NCBI GenBank assembly: GCA_965649765.1
Contig: OZ287754.1
Coordinates: forward strand, 37,138,001 to 37,202,000
DNA length: 64,000 nt
From: Bispira polyomma
Taxonomy: Eukaryota
Direction: 5' to 3'
Shown here piece by piece: positions 34,501 through 48,830 of this stretch; position 1 is the first letter of the stretch, and the number at the start of each line of letters is the position of its first letter. The notes below the pieces were generated by a model. That model saw nothing but the letters and a program-made list of their open reading frames with translations, did no database searches and was not told the DNA's origin. The translations under genes and the position numbers were made by a program.

Positions 34501-37500
34501 TGTGTCATCCACCATAAAGAACTCGTCCTTCGAGGCTTTGACAACCATCTTGGGCATAGTGTAGTTTTCCAAAAACACTGCAAAGTTGGTATACAGGTAC
34601 AATTCGAGGAATGCATGACATGTTGAATACATTGCACTACTAAAAATAGTACTTAATTTAAACTCAAACAATTTTGTACCTGTCAATTTTTTGATTGTTC
34701 AAGTGCAGCTAACAAACACAAGTAACTGGCATTTCCACAAATGAAGATAGAGGGTTTATCAACGTCCCCAAAGTTCTTTAGCCTTGCATTAGGAATACGG
34801 TTTACTGGCAGAGGACTGTCATTTTAAGCGGGCATATGTGAGTATCTGCCTATAAGTTAGAGCACTAGTTCCTCTGTTTTCTGAAAGGGGTGGTCAACCA
34901 ACACAAATACCGATAATTATTGTACAATAATGAAGAAGGTTCATAAATATTTACAAACATTAGTGAATAGACAGTTTATATGTTGAATAATGCGTAGTCG
35001 TGTAATCAATGCAAACTTTGTATATTGTTATCTTGTTTGAAATGTTTCACGATATGTTCCCTATCAACTTTCTCAGAACCATATTAAAACTAAAGTTAGG
35101 AGTGCTCACAATATGTTTGACAACTTTGTAGGTTAGAACCTGTATCTCCTACCCAGTGGGTCCTGTAGATAAGCCACTTCCTCAGCCGAGGGCTCGTCCA
35201 TACGTTCTAACACACCCTCTCTCCAGTAATCCTCCACGGCCCAGGACCAGCCACCCAGAGACTGCTGATGATGCTTGAAGTTCTAGAATCACATATTTAT
35301 AGAATACTGGCTATAATATCTATTTTGTTGTATTATATAATTAAAATAAATACTTATTAATATTTAAGCAAATTAAAAGCATTAAAATTTTCTTACAATT
35401 TCGATATAATATTCTTAATCTTCATAACTAGTTTCTCATTGCCAATGTAGAATTGCATATAAAATGATTAAGATTCATTAATTTCAAGTTTTGTGTGGAA
35501 GAAAGCTACTGAACTAGGAGAAGGTATATTTAACTTACAGGTACAAGATCCAAACAGGAGAGTACTTGAGGGGCCAGACCAATCACCCTCTCATCTACAG
35601 CGCCTGTCAGCCATGTTGTCCAGCCTCGCTTTCAAAGTCACATAACCACATATCAACAAATGATCACTTTTTGATTGGCAGTAGGGATGTTTGGCATGCT
35701 TCACCATCATGTTAATTACCCTAGATGTTTGTGGTTTACAGATAAGCATTGGTGATTTAAAACTCCATGGATTACCAGTTCAAATTTGAGGCACTTAAAT
35801 TTGGGCTTAACATTGTTTTAACACGTCTTATGTCATATCAAAACAAACAGTTTACTGGTGGAAGAAATCAGAGCAAAGTAGTTTGTCAAGGTTATCGTCT
35901 CTGCAAATTTCCGGCCTTCCGCATGGCTACAGCATACAGATGCCAGGTGTGGTACCCCTACATCACTAAGATTACCAGATTGTATATATTGTAATATTAA
36001 AAAAAACACTTGCTTCACTTGTAAAAGTTCCATGTACATACAATACAGATGTACTTCTAAACTATGGTATTTTTATTCAGAATCTCTTGATCTCATACCT
36101 TTGATGGCCCAGTGATGACATATTTGTCAACTGCCAGTCCTCTCTCACCAAGCAGAAAATCTGATATACTGTCCATTGATCTGACGATTCCCTGTCAAGA
36201 TTAATAGAAACTTATGTGACAGAACACGACTAGCAGATCAATAAGCCAGTTCCAAAATAAAGTTGTGGAATATATACATGTCTATTAATGTGCAATAAAA
36301 TGGCTATCTGGGAGTAGCATTAATATAATCCACTACAGACATAGGAAAATGAAAGTATAGAAAATCATCAGCATTAATTGTGTTCTTACAAAGCATCATA
36401 AAATACTAGTTTAATAGTCAATTTCACCAAATTGTTGTAAATTGATGTAAATGCCTGTACCTTGACCATGGGGAAGTATAGGAGCATGCTGGGGTCTCTG
36501 CTGTCATCTCCCTCCTCGGACATATTCATGTACCGGGCCCAGGTAAAGGCAATGATGTCATCCTCAGTACGGGGCCGGAACTCTGGGTCATCCTATGGTT
36601 GTTGTAATGGAAACAACTTTATATTGATTTTAACATTGGTTTCAACAACTATTTTAGAGTATTATAATGGGCAGTTCATTGGTAGAAGGAAGCAATTTCG
36701 GGTAGTTGGTCAAGCTTCTAGACTACAAAATACTGCCACGTTTCAAAAATGTATGGCGCGTCAGAGGATCGTACCCCAATTGCAGACATGGGATGTGGGG
36801 TTGTTGTCTCTACTGAAACCCACCTCATAGACAAAATAAAACACTTCTACTGTGCTTAATTCTGACAATGAAAAGGGGTAATATTTTTTATCAGTTATTA
36901 GTGTTAACATACAAACTAGAATAAATATTATCCAAAACATACAATCTGATATTCATAGTTATGTGTGTTTGCAAGTAAAAGCGATGTTAAAGGAATGGTA
37001 CTTTTGTCTATGCAATATAGATGGGCCACTGCTATTAGCAAAATCCAATTGATTCGATTAAGAGCCATATATTATTATAGATATCTGAGTACATGATACA
37101 TTGTGCTTTTTCATAGATAGTTACTCAATTTTTGGAACAACATGGAGGAATAAAAGATAATAGATTACATTACACAATGTAATTAAAATATAATAAAAAA
37201 ATGGAAGATATATCTATGTAATATGCAATGTTATATATTAAAAGGTAAAAACTGTTTTAAACAAGCCAAAAAAGGGGGTTGATTTTGCTGTACTTACATA
37301 AAAGGCTATGGGTTGGTTTGGGGTCTGGCTGACCATAGTGGAAGGTCCTCCAGTCTGCTGGGAAATCTCCTCTAGTAAAGGGATGAACACATTACTGCCT
37401 GGTGCTGGGGGGCTGATGATGTTATACACACAAAGACACAAGCTTTATAGAACGCCATCTGATACACGATTATATATTATTTGGTGTTTGTGGTTGTTGT

Positions 37501-39051
37501 TGTAAGTGGTCTTACCTGTATTTTTACACCATTGGTTGCAATAAAGATTGTTATAACTAATTTGTCTTATGTTATGTCACCTAAAAAGCGCCCTGTTGGA
37601 GCCCAACTCATGATTTCATCACTTTCTTTACAATTTTGAACACAAAACCTCATTTTAGCCCATGAGTATTACATATGTCCATTTAACACACTGAGTAACT
37701 CTTTATTATATTAATAATATATTTTTAAATATTTATTACTAATTCTAATTTTTTCTTCCAATTCCTTAAAAAACTCATGTTATAATTGTGATACTATTAT
37801 GGAATACCTCTAATGCACAATAATACAATACTACCACATAGTAAACTGTATATTAAAAATCAGTGTAATCTTACTCATCATCCATCTGTCCAACACCAAC
37901 AAACAACAGGGCAGCATCAGGCATGGTCACCAATTTAGGGACAACTATTGTTACATAGTGAAACCAAAGAGGTTGGCTGGAAAATTCCTCTGTTAGAATA
38001 CAAAGAGACACAGAGTAAGAAATAACCTAAAACATCAGGGTATGAAGTATTTTAGCTGTGATAACACATACTGACCCTGATGACTCTACTGACTTCACTA
38101 ACTACTGGAATGGAGGCAGTGTTCTGCATATTTTACATCATATTCCTAGAACATTATCCATTGAATTATTTCCACAAGACATACACATGTACTTGTATTC
38201 TGTCTGTGTTAGTAGCATTTTCTTCAAAGATTAAGGAGGCTAACTTCAAAATGTATTTAAAGAACATTGTGATACCTACAGGTAATTGTCAGTACAAGTA
38301 TATATTACAAACTGATTTGAAAATAAATCCTGAGGAAGATTCCAAAGAAAGAACTGAGATAGCTCGTGAGAAGGGTTATAAAGCACAGGAGAACCAATGT
38401 TATCCCAATAAAAACATGTTGGTTGTTTTTTAACTATTTGTATACTGTTCAGAGAAGGATAATTAAACGTTCGGATAATAGAGGTTCCGTAGTTTTTCCA
38501 TGTTTTCAGTTTTGACCATTCTACCTGTCATCCATCTTTGAGAGGTGACATTCAGCGAGTAGATGTCACTCAGATAAGTGTCATAACGTGCTAGCTCTAC
38601 ATAGTTGTACTCAGGGTCAACAAACTGCACATAGTCTACCAGAGGGTGTCGTTGAGCAGAAACCTTGTAAAACAGTGTTATAGAAAATGTACACATGTTA
38701 GCTCTACATAGTTTACAAACACCACATAGTCTACCAACACCACATAGTCCACCAGAGGGTGTGTGTAAGCAGAAACCTTGTATACAATAGTGTTATAGAG
38801 AATGAACAAATGTTAGTGCTACACAAACTTCAGAGTCTACCAGAGGGTGTCTTTGAGCAGAAACCTAGTAAACAATATTATAATAGAATACCCGACTAGA
38901 ATATATATTTATTTTCACCTTTTACTACCCATAAAGTGTATGATATTATTTAACAGTTTTTACAGCATAGTGCTTGGTCATAAACATATATAGCAAATAG
39001 TACCTGACTCAGCAAAATTAGACAGCACACATAATAAGATAGGTGAAGCAT
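31583..39051 (-). CDS. Secreted PqaA / autocrine proliferation repressor A (AprA)-like alpha/beta-hydrolase-fold protein; 3' terminal exon not located
   Basis: Phase-consistent GT-AG exons: 39051-39004 (signal peptide MLHLSYYVCCLILLSQ), 38663-38525, 37989-37875, 37412-37298, 36592-36461, 36191-36099, 35628-35539, 35282-35153, 34577-34460, 34145-34058, 33647-33609, 32987-32890, 32527-32452, 31651-31583. Family motifs: LNVTSQRW, PNQPI, RTEDDIIAFTW, FPMVK, GPSKRGWTTW, GGWSWA, DEFF, GTWLGFF. Confidence 0.85.
38690..38890. repeat. Two partial tandem copies of the AprA-like exon 2 acceptor and exon start
   Basis: ccagagggtgt...agcagaaacct repeated at about 38750-38780 and 38840-38866. Confidence 0.8.
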
Positions 39052-39544
39052 AGTCGTTGTTTCTGTGAATGGAGAAATGTCAACTGAAGTAAATGTATAA
39101 CCTAGCTTTGTGTGTGGGATGTGATCAACCACAAACATCTGTCAATTCACAGTTAACTATTTCTGTGTCACTCTTGATATGATAACACGCAAAGAGGTAT
39201 TTTTAAAAGTCAGTACACAAACTAGTACAAATATGCAGAGTCACTATTGTCAGAACCCCTGGGGAAGTGAAGTTATCAAAATAGTCAAAATACTGATTTA
39301 AAACCCTAGGAAAATACGATTTGAGAACAGAATCACATATATTCATTAAATTAAACATCTGGGTGATAGAAGAAGTGTTAATATTATATTTAATACATGT
39401 GAATAGTTCAGCCACGTACATTGTTTTTTGTAAGTGGTAACTTTAGACATATTCTCAACTAAGACAAATTCTCAACTTAAGGCCTGCTTTTTGTGTCATA
39501 CTTGAGACCTCTTGCGAATAGGACCCCTGATGTTCATTCTCCTT

Positions 39545-39897
39545 GTCTATTGTGGGGGGGGGGGGGCAGATGTTCGTCATCCTTGTCTATTAAGGAGGGC
39601 AGATGTTAACCCTCCTGATCTACTGAAGGGGGGGACAGATGTTCATCATCCTTGTCTATTAGGGGGGACAGATGCTAACACGCCTTATCTATTGAGGGGG
39701 TAGATGTTAACCCTCCTTAACTATTGGGGGCAGATGTTCACGCCCTTGGGCAGATGTTCACCCCCTTATCCATTGAAGGGGAGGGCAGATGTTCATCCTC
39801 ATTGTCTATTGAGGGGGGGGGGCAGATATTTATCCCCTTTGTCTATTGACAGGCAGATGTTAATACGCTTTATCTATTGAGGGGGAAGATGTAAACC
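39545..39897. repeat. Minisatellite (about 30-35 bp x11)
   Basis: Unit gggggcagatgttcatcccccttgtctattga. Confidence 0.85.
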
Positions 39898-42489
39898 TAT
39901 ATTCTTAAGTCAATATTTTGTTTCAAGTCTGAGACTTTTGTCTCAAATATAAGACAAAACTTTTTTTTTAAATTGTGTGGTATTCACAAAACGGCTCAGC
40001 CAATTTTTGGTCTCAGATTTGGTCTCAAAGTTAAAACTAGTTGGGAGGTGTCTTAAATATTTAATAAAAAGTATCGACCATTATTCTGTATAAATAGAGG
40101 GCAATACTTTTAGTTTTTGTGGCTTAAAATAAGCTAGAAATATTCCTTCAGTTGTTACTGCACATGTCATCAAAATATATGCTCAATAACAACTAAACAT
40201 TTACTTTAAAATTGCCCTACTTTGAGGCACTTTTACAACACTATTTGACTTTATAACAACCCCTCAGGTAGATCATGTGATGTTAAAAATTAATAAATTA
40301 ATATACTACATGGTTAAATTTGTTTGATACAAAGTCTATTGTAAATCTTGTTAAAAAATATAATTCACAAATATTAACATTTTTAATTAAATATTCAAAC
40401 TATATGTTTGTTTACATTTTACAGATTTAAGATTTGGTCTCAGTTTAGTGTCAACTGAGACATTATCTGTGGATACAAACTTGAGACATTGTCTCACCTA
40501 AGACAAGTCTCAAGTTCTCATATTGTGCCTAATATATAAATAGTTCATAGATTTACAGTTTCTTTGTTCAAATGCACAGTACTTCTGGTTGCAGTTTTCA
40601 TTATTATTTGTCCCTTCTTTGTAGTCCTACGGTTTTGCATTCAATCAATTGTTTTCTGATAAACCAATTAACTTGTTTGATGTATCGGCAGGTTGCATAG
40701 AAAGTCCTGATGCAAATTTCCATGTTTATCAACGAGAAGCTTTTGTCCAAGCTTATTGCCGAAGAATTGGTTAAATGATTCGCCCCTGCATCTTAATCAA
40801 AACTACATCAGTGGGGTGACGTCACATAAAAAGCTCTGTGGGTAGTAGTTGTGTTATATGAAAATTAATCCTAGCATGTTTTATGATGAGCTTGTTTATT
40901 TGTTTTCGAGTGTGTTCTGTTTCACTGCAGTGGTAACTCATTTGAAGAGCATGACACTGTGAAATAGGAAGTGGACTTTCTGAATTAGACCCAGTGAGGG
41001 ATAACTGGAGAAAACATGCCTTTCTCTTATTACCTTCTCTAAGAAGTTTTGTGTTTTTGTCCTGGTCTATGTTTTTCTTGATGATCACCAGGATTACATA
41101 AAAAGCTACTAGACTGATTTGGACAACATTTGATGGCCAAGGAAGAATCCATTACATTTTAGAGTGGATCCAAGTGTACGTCCTTCGTGTATCGTGTGTC
41201 CTTGGTGGAGGTATGCACTCTACCTAGTGGCCTTCATTGTTATAACTGATGCTGTATTGGAAATACACTAAAACTCCTATGTAGTTATACATTGGTTTCC
41301 ACCCATATATATAAAAATTGGCATATTTGAGATTACTTTGTAGGAGTGGAGTTTCCACAAAAAGAGATATTCATCTTTAAAGCTCATTAAGAAAAGTTGC
41401 ATTTTCACTTTTTATTCATGAATGAAGTTATCCCAATTGCGCCATAAGACCTGCCAAAAGGCATTCTGTGAATCTAAGGATGCTGTCTGTTGTCTTAAGT
41501 ACATCATTATGATATAAATCCGGCCTCATTGAGTGGAGCTTTTGTCTAGATTTTGAGATCATTTATCCTTGCTTCCAAGTTGCACGAAGACTTGCAGTGT
41601 ATATTTAAATGTAAGCATTCAAGACAGAACATTCGGCCTTTGGTGTTACTTTGTACATCTATTACATTTTACCAAAACATAGACGGTAAATATATGATCT
41701 TAAAGTTATTTCATTGTTTCATTACATATATCTGGATGTCCCAGCCACTTAATGGTTTACTTAGATTGAAGTGGGGTCCATACAACAGTGTTCATTGAAT
41801 TCTCGGCTCAAGTGAGGTGACTTTTCATTAATCCCACGATATCACATCTAAAGCCTTTAATGATCATTGCTGGCCTATCACATGATTACACTGAATTCTC
41901 GCGAGATTTAAAACCATCTTAAAAATGGAACAACGGCAATATGCTGGGATTTTTATCATGGTATTATTGTTTTTATTGTGTAAGAAAACCATAGGTTTTT
42001 GCCAAGTTAGCAGAAAAAAGATGAATGACTTTCTCATTAGACGAGTTTGTCTTGTGAAGCTATTGCTAGAATCTCTGCACTAATTTTGTTGTAGCATCAA
42101 GAAAAATGTTTGTTTGTAGAAAGTAATTTTCCGTGCAAATGTCTTGAATAAGATATAATTTTGTCACGACTATTGGTATTATTATGACAGATATAAGTTT
42201 GATCACTTGTTCATGCCATGCAGTAACAATTAGCATTAACAATCAAATTCAGAAGATAAACAAGAACAGTATGTTAAATCTGTTCTGATATCCTGAAAAC
42301 CACAAACTGGTGACAGAATACTAAGTCTAAGTCTTTCTCCTGCTTTTCGTTCAAATCAAGAATTCAGCTTTTTTTAACTACACAACTAACATTTAACCAG
42401 TCCCAGTAACTGTCATTCCTCTGACTGAAGACAAAGTCATATCAATTGAATACTCTCTTAAGGCAATGTTAGCTATTGCAACAATAATG

Positions 42490-42895
42490 GAACCTCAGTG
42501 GCCTAGTGGTTATAAGCGTCTACTTTAGAACAGCAGTGGCCTACTGGTAAAAAGTGTCTATTTTAGAACCACAGTGCACTCAGGGTTATAGGTGTCTACT
42601 TTAGAACAGCAGTGCCGTAGGGGTTATAAGCCTTTACTTTAGAACCACAGTGCCCTAGTTGTTATAAGTGTCTATTTTAGAACCACAGTGTCCTAGTGGT
42701 TATGAGCATCTACTTTACTATCACTAGCCTCTCACCTTTATGGACAGTGGACTCAATATCTCCACTGCTTCATTCATGTGTAAAAGTTTACCAGATACTT
42801 GCCCTAATGGTTTCTTCTCATGAAGCTGGCTGTCACAATATGACCAAAGACCATAGCTCATAGTTATCAAAGGTCTTAAACTGAAACTAACAATA
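42490..42895 (+). mobile_element. tRNA-derived SINE with 5' A-box segment tandemly repeated (38 bp x6)
   Basis: Unit cagtg(g/c)cctagtggttataagtgtctactttagaacca, followed by SINE body atcactagcctctcacc...catgtg...aatatgacc similar to 6305-6564. Confidence 0.75.
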
Positions 42896-45699
42896 ATCTC
42901 AAAAAAGACATTTGATAAATAGATGGGTATAGAATAGTTTTTTGCATTAGGAAAGCGCTCCTTGTGGGCAAAACTCCGGCTTGAAAGGTGGACAAAGTGA
43001 TACCTCTCTTGTGTCAGTTTGAACCTGCAATTAGTGCTGTCATTTTACACATGACGTGTCATCTACCTGAAACACACAGGTATGGGATCTATTTGGATTG
43101 GATTCTGTAATAACTTATATGCAGATGACCTAACAGTTATATGTTACTGCGCTTTTGCAAGATGTTACTATTTTGTACTGGAAGTTGTGAAACATTTTCT
43201 GACCTGTTAAACAGATTTAGATAGTGAATAAGTGGTCTTCTAATTTCAAAATGGCGACTTACATAACTGAAGGCCTAAAATGAAAAGACAATGACATTTT
43301 ATTAATAAGCTTGAACACAGTATGCAAAACAATTGATGCCACAAGGGTATTTGTAATAGAAAACCCTCGTGATTCTTCTTTCCTTTACACAAGATTTGTG
43401 ACAGCAACTTGGAATCAGTCACCATTGGTAAAAGCAACAGCATCACTGTCCACGTCATCAGTGGTGGGGGCTTTAGTGGTGAAAAAGTAATACTCTACCA
43501 CCTCATCTGTCGAGGTTACATGCTTACCCCCAATATGTATGTTCAAAAGTTTGCAGTAGGCTTTCCTTTTCGGTAAGCTTGCTGGAGGTGAGTGGTGTGC
43601 AGTGCAGAACACCTTGACCAAATACCCTTTACCAATAAACCAATTGTCAAAATATAATGCATAGTTTCCACAAGCGACATTAAACTGAAAAAATCCAAAT
43701 CATTTGTATCTTTTAACTGTCTATAATATAAATCCAAACTATTTTACAACACTAAAATTATCATTAAACGGAATACTGCATAAAAATATTAAAATAAACA
43801 TGGTTTGAGTGAGGTTGTTGACTGTTAAATTCTTTAGGCAATAAAGTTTCCGTGTGGATGGAATATACCAACTTCTGCCTGGTAATATTGTACCTTGACA
43901 CATAAGTTGATCACTTGTAGGAGGAAGCCAACGAATTATGGTTGAGAGAGCCTTTGATGCAATTTGATTGAAGCTTCTCGGCCAAGTTTTTGAAGGATAA
44001 TATCTAAGAGTCCAGATATTGAGAAAGAAAAAAATCTAGAAACACAGTAGTACTTGTAAAGAAAGGTGTAAATTGTAATTTTTCTTGTAACATTTGTAAG
44101 TATTAATCACAAACATAAGAAAACTGTATTACATCTTGTTGAACATGTAACAGAATATTGATGTGGATATTTCTATTTATTGATGATATTTGTGACTTGA
44201 CAATGCTAGTTTTAAGGGTGTAGCAGGAAAGAAAGAACAAAATGTCCCCAAGAAATGAGACAAGTGTCTTGTTTGCAAATGAACCACCACTACTTGTTAT
44301 CTATAGCCTCTATGAGTAATGAACATTTGGAAAATTAAATTTACTAGAACTATAAAGAGAATGGGCTGGAATGATTTACTTTTTTGGAGGCAGACTTATT
44401 CAAGGAGTTGTCCTTGACAGTTTTTATATCTATGGAGATGAATACTAATTTTTACAGTTTTTTTTTCAGCAAAAATAGATATATGTATATAGGTTTTTAT
44501 TTAAGTTCTATCACAGAATTATATATCCTTTATGGTGTTAATACATGTGATTATTGAGTTTTTTGTTCATTCAGTCGTTATAGTAGTAATTATGTAGGGT
44601 CTAAAACAAATACCCTTTAAGTTTAGTATTGACCAAGTCTTAAATAGATTTTAATGCAATGGGATATTTATCTTGTAGTTATTCTGAGAGCATCATAAAC
44701 TCTGGTTATCTTTTTATTATTGTTTTATTTTCTGAGGGAGGGAGTATTATGGACTGATTGATGACTACCCTTTCTGTTGTGTCTATATTTTAAAAAGGTC
44801 CACCTTTTACCGGGTCCATTAAGTGCTTAGAACGTGGTAAGAACTACATCCTCGTGTATATCTTGGTCCAGAAAGCTATCATTGCCTGTGGCGCAGTGTG
44901 GCATTCCATTGTGAAAACAGGTGTACAAATCATCCCTTAACTCTGTCAAAACCTCCCCATTCCACAAATAAAACACACGCCCACAGAATGTCCCATGAGA
45001 GCTCACATGTATGTCTGTGTATATGGCTGCATGGCTGTGTGTGTGTGATAACGTATCGCCCCCACTTCCCCCCACAGAACCTCCTACTTCCCAAAAATGA
45101 TGGATTCTGTCAAACTAAATTTTCTCCCTGCAATAATACTTTACAACCGTTATATAAACGCTGTAGATATTTGCCTCCCCCCCCCCTACGTGTCTAAAAT
45201 TCCTGGGTTGACCACGTAACCTGTCTTTACGTATCCATTTGCCACTGTACTCTTGAATGTCCCCCTTTCTTCTTGGAATGATATCTACTACATACATTGT
45301 AATATATGCCACTGGGGCAATAATCTCCCATAGATTGGTGATGTCAGTATCCAGTGACAACTGTTCTTAACATTATCAGAAGGCTGTGTATCATTGCCCA
45401 GTTATCGAATGGGGAAATTTATCCAAGCATGTACTGAGGAAAGACAGTCTGCAAGTAAACCCACATTTTTGTAGGTGTTTTGGGGGGTTTCGAAAGGGAT
45501 GTTGTGTTGTCAGCATACATGTGGTGTTTGATTGTGATTATTGATATTGTGTTGTGATTATTGTACTGACGGGATGTGTGTAAAAAGTAGAGGCCTTAGG
45601 ACCGATCGCTGGGGTACTCTGACAGGTAGGCTGAATAAGGAGGATCCAGTTAGATTTTTGGGTTTTGGAAGTCAAATAGGATCTAATGCAATCTAGGAC

Positions 45700-45800
45700 T
45701 GTGTCATTAAGTCCAAACCACTGTTCAGGGTGTCGAAAAGTAGATCATGGTCGATGGTATGAAAAGCTGCTGAGAGATCTAGAAGGGTGAGGGTATATTC
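45700..45800 (-). mobile_element. Decayed L2/CR1 RT fragment
   Basis: Minus strand LTLLDLSAAFHTIDH; similar to 20280-20370. Confidence 0.6.
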
Positions 45801-46529
45801 AGACTGAGGTATTGAAATAATCATAAAGGGAAAATTGAAGCCTTAACGTTAAATAAATTATTACTACACCAAAACAACTCCTGTGTTAAAATTGGTGTGC
45901 ACTAATCTGAAGATCATTGACGTCACAATCTGGTGCAGGATGGCAGTGTCGTGTCACCCTGGTGGACAGTCATTGAGGAATTTACGGTAGCCTATGATAT
46001 ATACAGACAGAGTATAGTGGGAGGCAAGCAAGCGTTAGCCCCGCCCTGCATACCAAGTGTGTTTGATGTCACACAGAGGGGTTTACATCTCCACTCCTGG
46101 GGGGCCAGTTCAATTGACTGAGCCACACCGCTCTTCTCTTCACAGAAACTGGCTCTCCTAAAGGTCTAGGTCTAGTTACATCTGACAGTATGGTGTTTTC
46201 CCAGTTTTTTGGACCATATGAGAATAAAATGCTAAGGATACATTACCACCCTTTAACTTTTGTTGGAACTATATCAGGCTCAGTTTTTACAAAGAATCGT
46301 ATTCTTAAATTTGTATCAACTAATTTGATTGGCTACAGATATTTGTTGCAAATGATGTGATTATGTGAGCTAAGCACTGTAAAAACTGCATTTTAGGAAG
46401 GTTTGTATAAGTATAGCCCAAGATGGTGGTGGTGTTAGGTAGGCTATACCTGTGTATATGTTGAAAGTCTAAGTTGTCAATTGGGTTTAATAAACCAAAG
46501 ATAGAGTAACAAATAGATAAGAATAATTC

Positions 46530-46885
46530 AAATACCAATCAATTCAATACCGTCAGATGTACATGGGACCTAACTCCTCACTCCCACATTATCCAAGCTG
46601 ATCGAACAAATCGCAACTCAAATACTAACCAATTCAATACCGTCAGATGTATATTGGCCCTAACATACCCCACACATCGTCCAACCTGATGGGACAGATC
46701 CAAATTTAAATACCAACCAAATCAACACTGTCAGATGTATATCGGCCTAACATCCCTCCATATCGTCCAACCAGATGGGGACAGATCACAATTCAAAGAA
46801 TAACTACTATAATACCGTCACATGTATATTAGCCCTAACATCCCCCACATATCGCCCAACCTAATGGGGACAGATCCCAATTCCA
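46530..46885. repeat. Minisatellite (about 82-88 bp x4)
   Basis: Recurring aataccgtcagatgtatattggccctaacatcccccacat...ctgatggggacagatc. Confidence 0.85.
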
Positions 46886-47516
46886 CGGGTAATGTGTCAC
46901 AGTACCACCCAGAGCTCGTTACATTAGTGGAAGGATTGAAACTCCATTTCACACTAGCTTTATTTTACACACAGATTTACAGAAGAGAGCAGCAAAAAAT
47001 GAGAGGGTCTGGCCGTGTATTAAACTTACACTAACAAGAGGAAGAACTGACCCATGAGAGGGGCAGCTTTACTGTCTCCAAAGTATTGTGTAAGGTTTGA
47101 AATACTAGTGGGCAAATCTTTGTAAAATGAGACAAAACAGAGATATTGGATTGACCAGCCCCTAAAAACATTGAAGAGACAATTGTGGTTTATAAAGTAC
47201 ACATTTGGATGTGTGTGAAATTTATCTTGTGTACAATAGGTCACTAATAAGATGGTTATTTAGTGATCTTTACTATGTCTTATGACTGATTACGTCACTA
47301 TAATGTCAGCAATCTATTCAAACTCACCTATATATAGATGGTGTAGTGGTAACACCTCTGCCTCTGTGGGTTGTCAGCCCTCGTCTGTATGTGGGGAAGT
47401 GTTTTTGTCCACCAGTGAACTGTCCATTGTTATATGATACAAACGTGTTGCAAGCGAAAAAACTGAGACTTGATGTTTCTTAAATGACATTTCTGCTTAT
47501 TGTTTATGGCTATATA

Positions 47517-47800
47517 ATAATAATAATAATTGAAGCATTTGTAAAGCTCAAATTGGTGAGAACATCCTCTAAGGCGCTGATATTCAAAAAGGTGTATAAG
47601 CTGCGAAGCACTTAAGGTCAGTCCGAGGAGGCCACCTCACTACCTTAAGTTATAAACCCATCGCCCCTCCTCCCTGTTTCAGAAATGATGCAGCCTGTAG
47701 TGACCAGGGCGTGACTAGGGTATATATACCCCTGTAAGGGGGCGATAGGTGTCATGAAGTGTGCTGGGAGAGAGAGTTACTTCAAGTGACCACCCTCCTA
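47517..47800 (-). mobile_element. Probable SINE or LINE 3' end with (TTA)n tail
   Basis: (taa)n at 47517-47529 next to an L2-type terminal stem-loop-like segment and a GC-richer body. Confidence 0.4.
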
Positions 47801-48640
47801 ACCCATGTATTAAGATAAATTAGTATCAATTATATGTATGTGTAAGTTTATACATGTGTCTCAATTGTGTCTTGTTGTGTATTTTGAGGGAAATGGTACT
47901 GGCAAAGTGGGAAGCTGGGAAGCCAAGCTACAGCATGGAGTCAAGTGATATCTGTGCCCACACTATACTGAAAAGAGAAAACCATGGTGAACAGTGCAAA
48001 TAAATACCCCGTAAAATGACTACAAAGTTTCTGTGAAGCTTGTTGAATTAACACACTAGGTGTCTCCGTGTTGGTTATGTTAAAATATTGTTTATATGGA
48101 ACGTATATGGAGTCCTGGGGCTAGGGTATGCAGGTTTGCATTGTATAGTAAAAAAGTTGGTTTTAAATTTTTTAGTATATTTAAGTAGCTTCCCAGCATC
48201 CTAATTTGTTATAGTGATTATGTATGTAAAAATATTTTATCAAGTATGGTTTCACAGTTTTTACAACTGAACTAGCATTTACAGCTAGATTTTACATATG
48301 TACCTTTGAAGGGCTTTCTTAACTAGTAATGTTTAAAAGTAATGGTAATATAGACTCATATACTAGAACTTATGTAAAACTATAAAATGCAGTTTTCCTT
48401 GAAAGGTAGACCTTAAGGTTGCCTTTACCTAAACTGCTAACTTTAAACTTTTGAGGTGACCTTAAGTCACCCTTAAAATAGTATTAGTAAGTTATAGTGT
48501 GTAAGAGGCTTTAAATCACCCTATTTACTATACCTTCTTTTAAGTTAACCTTAAAGTGAAAATACTTTCCTTAATTAAATGTCACCTTAAACTCTTAACA
48601 ATTAAGGTGACTTTATGTACATTCAGTACTCTATTGATGG

Positions 48641-48830
48641 ACCACAGTGGCCTAGTGGTTATAAGTGGTTATATGCTTTAATATCACTAGCCCCTCACCT
48701 CTTCGATAACGTCTCCTTTTCTGTGAAAAGGTACTTGATGGTAGTCGATGGTTGCAGTACATATAATACTGGTTTCCATTACAGGTTGTTACAATATGAC
48801 CAAGGATGTGGTAAAAGGAAAACAAATGCA
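48641..48830 (+). mobile_element. Decayed tRNA-derived SINE, same type as 42490-42895
   Basis: cagtggcctagtggttataagtg...atcactagcccctcacctc...aatatgacc. Confidence 0.6.

Noticed and set aside
41195-41240. Motif ttgg(t/c)ggaggtat(g/a)cact, also at about 62705-62735, resembling ends of non-autonomous Helitron-like repeats
   Set aside because: Only about 20 bp are shared and element boundaries could not be defined.
43380-43640. Possible decayed DNA-transposase zinc-finger remnant (KAYCKL...GGK)
   Set aside because: Too short and broken to support without a profile search.
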